DNA of 64,000 bases, from the NCBI GenBank assembly GCA_016184145.1, contig JACPDF010000023.1:1229-65228 (forward strand), given 5' to 3'. The position numbers and the translations under genes are program-made. Of this stretch, positions 57,077 to 64,000 are shown one piece after another. Source of the DNA: Candidatus Woesearchaeota archaeon (GTDB lineage: Archaea > Nanobdellota > Nanobdellia > Woesearchaeales > GW2011-AR4). Positions within the stretch are counted from its first letter, which is position 1. Each line of letters starts with the position of its first letter. The notes beneath the pieces are model-generated. The model did not search any database. It saw only the letters and a list, made by a program, of their open reading frames with translations, and was not told the DNA's origin.

Positions 57077-58324
57077 ATGAGAAAAGAATTGTCAGTATTT
57101 TTTATTGCATTGCTGTTTTTTTCTTCAGCTTTTGCAGTTTTAGCAGCACAGAAAACATACAGGCCTGCAAAGATATATGATATAGCTGTTACTTTGGTTA
57201 ACCAGGAGCCTGACCCTGCAGAGCCTGGAAAGTATGTTGATGTGAGGTTCAAGTTCGACAATAACGGCACAGGAGAGGCAAGAAATGTTATAGTGGAATT
57301 GCTGCCAGAATACCCATTCTCATTGGATACTGGAGTAAATGCTATAAGGAATCTTGGGACCATACAGAGCATGCAAAGAGGGGATGTAGGGGTTATTGTA
57401 AAGTACAGGCTGAGAGTTGACGAGAATGCTGTTGAGGGGGAAAACGACCTTAAGATAAGGTACAAGATAGAAGGATACTCGTGGATAGAGCCTGAAGAAT
57501 TCAAAGTTGATGTTCAGACGCATGATGCAGTTCTCTCTGTAAATTCCGTAAGCATAGGTGAAAAGATCCTGCAGCCAGGAGCAAGCAACACTGTAAAAAT
57601 AATGGTGTCAAATGAAGCCGACTCCGCATTAAAAGACATAAAGGCAAGGCTGGAGCTAGGAGGCCTGCCTTTCATACCGTTAGGCTCGACAAACGAGAAA
57701 AGCATCTACAAAATTGATTCAATGGAAAGCTATGAGTTTGATTTTGAAATACTGGCTAATCCGGAAGCCGCTTCAGGAGCCTACCAGGTGCCGTTAAAAA
57801 TAACTTACTCTGACGAGCTTGGAAAACCATATTCCAAAAACAGCACAATAGGGCTTATTGTAGGAGCCAGGCCAGATATAAGCGTCACATTGGACGCTAC
57901 CGAGGTTTATGAAACCAAAAAGCCTGGAGAGATAGTCATAAAAGTTGTGAACAAGGGAGTTACCGACATAAAATTTGCAAATGTAAAGCTCATGCCCAGC
58001 AAAGACTACAGGATATTGTCGAATGATGAGGACTATCTTGGGAATATAGACTCTGACGACTATGAAACAGCAGAGTTCAAGATTTATGTGGAAAATAAAA
58101 AAGACAAAAAAGTAATTCTTCCAATAAGCATCGAGTATATGGATGCGAATAATAATGAATACAAGACAGATATGAACATTGAAATGCCTTTATACAGCGC
58201 ATCAGAGGCCAAAAAGCTTGGATTAGCAGCAGGAAACGGAAAGATTGGCTTTTTTATTGTAGTTCTTATAGTTGCAGCAGGGCTGTTTGCCTACAGAAGA
58301 TGGAAAAGAAGCAGGAAGAAATAA
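57077..58324 (+). CDS. secreted beta-rich (CARDB/DUF11-like) protein with C-terminal TM anchor, ABC-associated
   Basis: signal peptide, repeated beta-sandwich-like segments, C-terminal GFFIVVLIVAAGLFAYRRWKRSRKK. Confidence 0.5.
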   Translation: MRKELSVFFIALLFFSSAFAVLAAQKTYRPAKIYDIAVTLVNQEPDPAEPGKYVDVRFKFDNNGTGEARNVIVELLPEYPFSLDTGVNAIRNLGTIQSMQRGDVGVIVKYRLRVDENAVEGENDLKIRYKIEGYSWIEPEEFKVDVQTHDAVLSVNSVSIGEKILQPGASNTVKIMVSNEADSALKDIKARLELGGLPFIPLGSTNEKSIYKIDSMESYEFDFEILANPEAASGAYQVPLKITYSDELGKPYSKNSTIGLIVGARPDISVTLDATEVYETKKPGEIVIKVVNKGVTDIKFANVKLMPSKDYRILSNDEDYLGNIDSDDYETAEFKIYVENKKDKKVILPISIEYMDANNNEYKTDMNIEMPLYSASEAKKLGLAAGNGKIGFFIVVLIVAAGLFAYRRWKRSRKK

Positions 58325-58348
58325 TGGCTTTTCCTGTACTAAAACAAC

Positions 58349-58478
58349 GGAATTCCACCATTGGTGGAATGAGTAGTGCTCAAAAACCACCATCATTGGT
58401 GGAATTCCGAGTATCAAAAACCATTGAATATGAAACTAATGAAAACATGCCACTGGTCTTTGACTGGTGGTTTTTGAC
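58349..58478. repeat. palindromic element family 2, copy Y
   Basis: ttccaccattggtggaa perfect palindrome; tcaaaaaccacca ... tggtggtttttga 13-bp inverted repeat; shares ggtggtttttgac and catgccac with copy X. Confidence 0.55.
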
Positions 58479-58480
58479 AA

Positions 58481-59704
58481 ATGATCAAAGATTATTTTAT
58501 TTTCTCTGTTAAGAACCTCAGGAACAGAAAGCTGAGGTCATGGCTGACTATGATTGGCATAATCATTGGCATAACAGCAGTTGTTTCGCTCATAAGCATG
58601 GGGCAGGGATTAAAGACCGCAATAAGCCTGCAGTTTGGAGACCTGGGAACGGACAAACTTGCTGTCCAGGCTTCTGGCGGCTTTGGACCTCCTGGCACAG
58701 CGGTTGTAAATCCTCTAACAAAAGACAACCTTGAGGAAGTAAAGAAAGTAAGCGGCGTAAAAATAGCTGCTGGAAGATTGATAAAGCCGGGAAAAATAGA
58801 GCAGGATGATCATGCCACTTTTAGCTATGTTGCAAGCATGCCTGACAGGGAAGCAAGAAAGCTGATCCATGAAGCGCAGAATCTGGAAGCAGAATCCGGA
58901 AGATTGCTTAAGGATGGAGACAAGGGAAAGGTCGTGCTGGGAAGCAATCTTGGAAAAAAAGATGCGGGCCTGGGAAAGCAGGTTGTTGTCGGCTCTAAGA
59001 TAATTATCGAGGGCAAGGAATTTGAAGTGGTGGGCATATTAAAAAAACTGGGAAGCTTTATTCTTGACAATGTAGTCTTTATGAATGAGGATGATTTAAG
59101 GGATGTGATGGACGTTCCTGACAAGGATTATGATGTGATTGTGATACAGGTGCAGCAGAACGCAGATGTAGCTGCTGTCCAGCAACGAGTTGAGAAAGTA
59201 ATGAGGAATGAAAGGGGTGTAAAGGAAGGGGAAGAGGATTTTACTGTGCAAACCCCGCAGGCGATTCTTGGGCAGGTAACTTCAACTTTATTTGCTGTCC
59301 AGCTGTTTGTCTACATAATTGCAGGCATTTCAATAATTGTGGGAGGCATAGGCATAATGAACACCATGTTCACATCAGTTCTTGAAAGGACCAAGGAAAT
59401 AGGGATAATGAAATCAATAGGCGCAAGGAACAGCTCAGTATTTTCCCTGTTTTTTATAGAATCAGGATTAATTGGAAGCATTGGCGGAATTATTGGAGCA
59501 GTTTTTGGAGTTTTGATGGCGTTAGGGCTCGCATTCATTGGAAAATCCCTTTTAGGCACTGATCTTATAAGAGCAGAGATAAGCCCCTGGCTTGTGCTTG
59601 GCTCGGTTTTAGGCTCATTCATATTGGGGAGCTTATTTGGGATTTTGCCAGCTATAAAAGCTGCAAAATTAAATCCTGTTGACGCGCTGAGGTATGCAAA
59701 ATAA
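58481..59704 (+). CDS. ABC transporter permease, MacB/FtsX family
   Basis: N-terminal TM, periplasmic domain, C-terminal FtsX 3-TM bundle. Confidence 0.8.
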   Translation: MIKDYFIFSVKNLRNRKLRSWLTMIGIIIGITAVVSLISMGQGLKTAISLQFGDLGTDKLAVQASGGFGPPGTAVVNPLTKDNLEEVKKVSGVKIAAGRLIKPGKIEQDDHATFSYVASMPDREARKLIHEAQNLEAESGRLLKDGDKGKVVLGSNLGKKDAGLGKQVVVGSKIIIEGKEFEVVGILKKLGSFILDNVVFMNEDDLRDVMDVPDKDYDVIVIQVQQNADVAAVQQRVEKVMRNERGVKEGEEDFTVQTPQAILGQVTSTLFAVQLFVYIIAGISIIVGGIGIMNTMFTSVLERTKEIGIMKSIGARNSSVFSLFFIESGLIGSIGGIIGAVFGVLMALGLAFIGKSLLGTDLIRAEISPWLVLGSVLGSFILGSLFGILPAIKAAKLNPVDALRYAK

Positions 59705-60926
59705 AATGCTGCAAGATGTAATAATTTATGTCGTGAAGAGCATGAAAAACAGGATGATGAGAAGCATCCTTACCATAGTTTCCATACTCATAGGCATAAT
59801 GGCGATTTTTGCTTTAGTAAGCTTTGGCCAGGGTTTAAGTTCATATGTAAACCAAATTGGCCAAGAGGCGGGAGCAGACAAGCTCATAGCCCAGCCAAGG
59901 GGCTTTGGACCTCCAGGAACATCCAGTACTCCTCTGACAAAAGATGACTTGGATTTCATCAAGAAGGTAAAGGATGTTTCTGAAGCCAGTGGCGTGGTAA
60001 TGCAGCAAGCAGAAATTTCTTTAGATGTTGACAAGCCGGGAAAATGGGTTTTTGTCATGGGGATGTCTACTATACCTTCTGAGCAGAGGCTGATAGACGA
60101 GTCCTTTGGAGGCATTGATATACTAAAAGGCAGGAATCTCAAGAGCGGAGACAAAAATAAGGCTGTTATAGGATATAATTACCAGTTTGCTGACAAAATC
60201 TTTTCAAAGCCTTTGAAATTAGGGGATAAGATATTCGTAAACGATGTTGAGTTCAAGATAATAGGTTTTTATGAAGAGATTGGAAATTCGCAGGATGATT
60301 CCAACTTCTACATAACGATTAATGATGCGGAAGAGCTTTTCAGCAAGAAGGATGAATATGCCTTTATCTACATAAGGGCTGACAAGGGTGTAAATCCGTC
60401 AGAACTTGCTGCAAAGCTCGAAGAGAAATTAAGGAAAGAGAAAAACCAGAAAGAAGGTGAAGAGACATTTTTCATACAGACCTTTGAGCAATTGCTTGAG
60501 ACCTTTGGCACCATATTGCTCGTGCTCAATGCTGTTTTGGCGATTATTGCAGGAATTTCTGTCTTGGTTGCTGCCGTCAACATAACGAACACAATGTACA
60601 CTGCAGTTCTTGAAAGGACCAAGGAAATAGGGATAATGAAATCAATTGGCGCAAGGAACAGCACAATACTTTTTATATTTTTCATGGAATCAGGCGCTAT
60701 TGGGCTTATAGGGGGAGCTATCGGAATATTGCTTGGCTATGGGCTTGCAAAATTAGGTGGCCTTTTTGCGGCATCTGCTGGATTCGCCCTTTTGAAGCCC
60801 GCATTTCCATGGTGGCTCATTGTTGGCAGCCTTATGTTTTCTTTTGCTGTAGGAGCTGCTTCCGGTTTCCTGCCGGCAAGGGCAGCATCTAAGCTGAAGC
60901 CGGTTGATGCTTTGAGGTACGAATAA
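59694..60926 (+). CDS. ABC transporter permease, MacB/FtsX family (paralog)
   Basis: same architecture; a 55-nt tract identical to its neighbour encodes VLERTKEIGIMKSIGARNS. Confidence 0.8.
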   Translation: MQNKMLQDVIIYVVKSMKNRMMRSILTIVSILIGIMAIFALVSFGQGLSSYVNQIGQEAGADKLIAQPRGFGPPGTSSTPLTKDDLDFIKKVKDVSEASGVVMQQAEISLDVDKPGKWVFVMGMSTIPSEQRLIDESFGGIDILKGRNLKSGDKNKAVIGYNYQFADKIFSKPLKLGDKIFVNDVEFKIIGFYEEIGNSQDDSNFYITINDAEELFSKKDEYAFIYIRADKGVNPSELAAKLEEKLRKEKNQKEGEETFFIQTFEQLLETFGTILLVLNAVLAIIAGISVLVAAVNITNTMYTAVLERTKEIGIMKSIGARNSTILFIFFMESGAIGLIGGAIGILLGYGLAKLGGLFAASAGFALLKPAFPWWLIVGSLMFSFAVGAASGFLPARAASKLKPVDALRYE

Positions 60927-60939
60927 AAAATTTTGTAAT

Positions 60940-61998
60940 GTGACAATGAAAAGAAAAAATATTGTTTTTTTGGCAATTGCCGTATTTCTTATTATTGCTT
61001 TTTATCTTATATTATCCAAAGATGGAAAAGAAGATTTGGAGGCGGAAATATTGGTTGAAAATTTAGATACTCCTTGGGCAATAGATTTTTTGCCTGATGG
61101 CAACATGGTTTTTACTGAAAGGCCTGGAAAAGTAAGCACTTATGATTTTGGCAAGAAAGAAAGGATTGTAATTGCAGAGATTCCAGCCAGCGAAATCTCG
61201 GAAAGCGGCCTGATGGGTATTGCTGTCGACCCTGAATTCGAAGAAAATAAGCTTGTTTACCTGTATTACACTTATGAAGATAATGGCACATGGAACAGGA
61301 TTTCCAGATACAAGCTTGAATCCAACAGATTAGTAGATGAGAAAATCTTATTGGACAAAATTCCTGCAGCAAGATTTCATGATGGCGGCAGACTAAAATT
61401 CGGCCCTGATGGAAAGCTTTATGCAACAACAGGGGATGCCACAGTGCCATCGAGTTCGCAGGACACAAATTCCCTGTCCGGGAAAATATTGAGGCTTGAC
61501 AAAGACGGAGCCGTTCCTGCAGATAATCCATTCGGCAACTATGTCTATTCTTACGGCCACAGAAATCCCCAGGGCCTGGCATGGAACGCCGACAAGCAGA
61601 TGTATGCTTCGGAGCACGGCCAAACACAAAATGATGAAATTAATATAATCAAGAAAGGGGAAAATTATGGATGGCCGACTGAATGCGATGAGCCTTCTGA
61701 TTACACATATCCTATAAGATGCTATACAGAATTCACGCTTGCACCTGCCGGCATTGCATTCTATAAAAATGATTTGTATGTAGCTGCTTTGCGGGGAACT
61801 CAATTAAGAAAAATTGTTTTTGATGAAAATTATGAAACAATCCTGAATGAAGAGGAATTGTTTAGCAATATGGGAAGAATTAGGGAAGCGGTTGAGTACG
61901 CTGGCTACCTTTATATTTCCACATCCAATAATGATGGCAGAGGAATACCAGCAGCTAACGATGATAGAATTATAAGAATAAGGATATTGCAAGGCTAG
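60940..61998 (+). CDS. PQQ-dependent soluble sugar (glucose/sorbosone) dehydrogenase-like beta-propeller
   Basis: NLDTPWAIDFLPDGNMVFTERPGKV..., GPDGKLYATTGD..., HRNPQGLAW motifs of the sGDH/YliI family. Confidence 0.7.
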   Translation: MTMKRKNIVFLAIAVFLIIAFYLILSKDGKEDLEAEILVENLDTPWAIDFLPDGNMVFTERPGKVSTYDFGKKERIVIAEIPASEISESGLMGIAVDPEFEENKLVYLYYTYEDNGTWNRISRYKLESNRLVDEKILLDKIPAARFHDGGRLKFGPDGKLYATTGDATVPSSSQDTNSLSGKILRLDKDGAVPADNPFGNYVYSYGHRNPQGLAWNADKQMYASEHGQTQNDEINIIKKGENYGWPTECDEPSDYTYPIRCYTEFTLAPAGIAFYKNDLYVAALRGTQLRKIVFDENYETILNEEELFSNMGRIREAVEYAGYLYISTSNNDGRGIPAANDDRIIRIRILQG

Positions 61999-62007
61999 GA
62001 TGGAAAA

Positions 62008-62466
62008 ATGGACACTTTAGCTCATGCGTTGTGGTCTTACATAATCTTCCATAATTACGAATTTGTATGGTGGGCTGTCTTGTTTGGAATGCTGCCAGAT
62101 TTGTTATCATGGACTGTGTTTATGTTTTTTCCAAAGAAGAACGGCTTTAACTGGAAGAAAAAACCAGACTTAAGCTTGATACCAAAATGGGTTTTCACTT
62201 TGTATGGGATAACTCACAGCATTTTTTTTATAGGGGCTGCTTTTTTTATTGTTTTTTTGATTTATGGTTTTTTGCCGCTGTTCCTATTGGCATGGCCGAT
62301 TCATGTGCTGATTGACATTCCAACCCACAAAAGGGATTTTTTGCCGACTCCGTTTTTGTGGCCTTTTTCCGATTACAAATTTCCTGGCATAAGCTGGGCC
62401 AATAAGTATTTTATGATCGCAAATTATTCATTGATAATATTTTTTCTCATTTACATTAATTTATAG
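62008..62466 (+). CDS. membrane-bound metal-dependent hydrolase-like protein (DUF457-like), paralog of 36989-37498
   Basis: four TM helices; LPDLLS, GITHS, IHVLIDIPTH motifs. Confidence 0.45.
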   Translation: MDTLAHALWSYIIFHNYEFVWWAVLFGMLPDLLSWTVFMFFPKKNGFNWKKKPDLSLIPKWVFTLYGITHSIFFIGAAFFIVFLIYGFLPLFLLAWPIHVLIDIPTHKRDFLPTPFLWPFSDYKFPGISWANKYFMIANYSLIIFFLIYINL

Positions 62467-63445
62467 AAATCAGATTATTTTTCTTCATTACTCTTAGGTA
62501 TTCTTCAATTTTATTTATTGTATTATTTTTTAATTCATTGCCTAAATCCAATTTTTTAATTTCATTGAAGTCTATTATCGGCATTTGTGTGAAAGTCCCT
62601 TCCAATTGGTAGCCGGAATTTTTTATTTCCTCCTCTATTGTTTTTGCAAAATTGGTGTTGAACAGCTTTATTGCAGGAAACTTTGTTATTGCATTTGCTC
62701 CTGCGCTAAGCATCGCGCTTATGTGGCCAACGCGGTTTACCCACGGCCCAGCAACAATATCCAGATTTGGAAATTCGCCTCTTGTCATTTTAATCCATTC
62801 CAGGTAATAATCGATTTCCGGGCCTTTGGACTCCTCAAACATTGTTCCCTGTATAGGGTTTAATGCATAGAAAACCACTTTATCAATTTTGCTTTTATTA
62901 ATAAAATTTTTTAATGAATCGAAGTCGTCTATTGTTTCTCCAATTCCAACAATGAACGTCATTGCCTTTTTGAGGCTGTATTTTTCGCATGTTTTGAACA
63001 TGTTTTCTATCGGCCTTAATGGCTTGTTTGGAGCTGTAATTTTGTGGATTTTTTCATTGGTTGTTTCAACGGCTCCATAAATCCCTTTAAGATAAGGCTC
63101 TAATACAGCTATTGTTTTCTCTGGAAGAACGCCAATATTGAGCCAGAATTTGTCCCCGTAGATTTCATATACGTTTTTTGCCAATTCTAAAATTGATTCA
63201 TGAGTGTAGCTTCCGTAGCCTGCTGCTAAATTTCCCAGCTTCCAGCCAAGTTTTTTGCACAAATAAGCTTCAGCTAAAATTGATGCCATGCTTCTTTTTG
63301 CTTTTTTGGGGTCAGAAATAAGGTTTTTCTGCGTGCTCATATAGCAGTAAGCGCAGTCTCCCAAAGAGCAGTACCATGAGATGAATATAGCGCGCTCAAA
63401 GCGGATTTTGTTTGTTTTATTTTTTCCTATCAATATATTTTCCAT
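62456..63445 (-). CDS. radical-SAM/biotin-synthase-like TIM-barrel protein with a non-canonical Cx4Cx2C cluster
   Basis: FISWYCSLGDCAYCYMS near the N-terminus; 329 aa. Confidence 0.45.
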   Translation of the reverse strand: MENILIGKNKTNKIRFERAIFISWYCSLGDCAYCYMSTQKNLISDPKKAKRSMASILAEAYLCKKLGWKLGNLAAGYGSYTHESILELAKNVYEIYGDKFWLNIGVLPEKTIAVLEPYLKGIYGAVETTNEKIHKITAPNKPLRPIENMFKTCEKYSLKKAMTFIVGIGETIDDFDSLKNFINKSKIDKVVFYALNPIQGTMFEESKGPEIDYYLEWIKMTRGEFPNLDIVAGPWVNRVGHISAMLSAGANAITKFPAIKLFNTNFAKTIEEEIKNSGYQLEGTFTQMPIIDFNEIKKLDLGNELKNNTINKIEEYLRVMKKNNLISIN

Positions 63446-63490
63446 GAATGCTTTAGAAAAAAATTATTGTTTAAAAAGGTTTAGAATAAA

Positions 63491-64000
63491 TTACTTGCTG
63501 GCTTCCCTTTCCCTCAAAACATTTTTCTGCACCTTGCCCATTGAGTTTTTCGGCAAAGCATCTATGAATTCGACATATTTTGGCTTTTTGTAGCTTGCAA
63601 GCTTTTCCTTGCAGTATGCTATTATCTCCTCTTCAGCTGCTTTTTTGCCTTTTTTCAGCACAACAAAAACCTTGACAGCTTCCCCGAAATACTTGTCAGG
63701 CACGCCAATAATAGCGCTCTCCAAGACAGCAGGATGGGAATTGACAACTTCCTCAACTTCTGCAGGGTAAATATTCAAGCCGCCGGAGATTATTAAATCC
63801 TTGCTTCTGCCAAGAAAAGTAATATATCCGTCGTTGTCTATTTTTCCCACATCTCCGGTTATAAACCAACCGTCATGAAAGCTTTCCTTTGTTTTTTCAG
63901 GAGCGTTCCAATAGCCTTTGAAAACGTTAGGGCCTTTGATCAGTATGTCCCCTTCCCTGCCTTTCGGAACTTCCCTGAAATTCTTGCCTACTATCTTTAC
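63491..64000 (-). CDS. AMP-dependent synthetase/ligase (acyl-CoA synthetase-like), C-terminal part; gene continues past the window end
   Basis: GDVGKIDNDGYITFLGRSKDLIISGGLNIYPAEVEEVV...MGKVQK AMP-binding C-terminal motifs; the reading frame stays open to position 64000. Confidence 0.8.
   Translation of the reverse strand, partial: VKIVGKNFREVPKGREGDILIKGPNVFKGYWNAPEKTKESFHDGWFITGDVGKIDNDGYITFLGRSKDLIISGGLNIYPAEVEEVVNSHPAVLESAIIGVPDKYFGEAVKVFVVLKKGKKAAEEEIIAYCKEKLASYKKPKYVEFIDALPKNSMGKVQKNVLREREASK

Noticed and set aside
58300-58512. 70-aa ORF between the secreted-protein gene and the permease gene
   Set aside because: It coincides with palindromic element family 2 (copy Y); its peptide similarity to the start of gene 53526-54356 comes from DNA-level repeat homology rather than a conserved protein.
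1-64000. Search for tRNA, rRNA and CRISPR arrays
   Set aside because: No cloverleaf-compatible GTTCRANYC T-arm contexts, no rRNA-like conserved stretches and no regularly spaced direct repeats were found by eye. A tRNAscan, Infernal or CRISPR-finder run would be needed to be certain.

Overview
This 64 kb window is a low-GC chromosomal segment that is clearly archaeal and looks like a small-genome, DPANN-like lineage; the lineage call is inference. About 65 protein genes are dense on both strands. I found no rRNA or tRNA genes and no CRISPR array.

Housekeeping and information-processing genes:
- Ribosomal proteins L44e and S27e, eIF2alpha, Nop10 and a PAC2-family protein lie in the syntenic archaeal block; fibrillarin, Nop5, prefoldin alpha, FtsY, ScpA and a GINS-like protein sit elsewhere in the window.
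- Enolase, a 2,3-BPG-dependent phosphoglycerate mutase, PRPP synthetase, CTP synthase, UMP kinase, a ROK glucokinase and CutA.
- SecF/SecD, CorA and an ABC1 kinase.

Envelope and surface loci:
- A MoxR / DUF58 / tandem-vWA (Bat-like) cluster.
- A TPR/GT-C membrane-protein pair upstream of an S-layer-like gene.
- A 1739-aa giant surface protein carrying an embedded paralog of the S-layer-like protein.
- A MacB-type ABC exporter with two FtsX permeases and a secreted beta-rich protein.

Toxin-antitoxin modules:
- RelE/antitoxin.
- Two HEPN/nucleotidyltransferase pairs.
- A hicBA cassette flanked by 47-bp direct repeats that duplicate the ftsY 3' end, next to a truncated Hel308-like helicase fragment.

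What stands out most is the intergenic DNA: it carries an unusual density of palindromic and MITE-like elements.
- A 163-bp element with perfect 15-bp terminal inverted repeats and a 9-bp target-site duplication.
- A three-copy GC-clamped hairpin module (CCTGCGTTTTTGC...GCAAAAACGCNGG).
- A two-copy CCACCA/TGGTGG palindromic module.
- A mini-palindrome inserted in-frame into the enolase 3' end.
- Two homologous small elements that share termini, one of them flanked by a synonymous duplicate of a gene's 3' end.
- GC-rich structured patches that may be small RNAs.

I worked without tools, so every family assignment rests on reading motifs in the six-frame translations.
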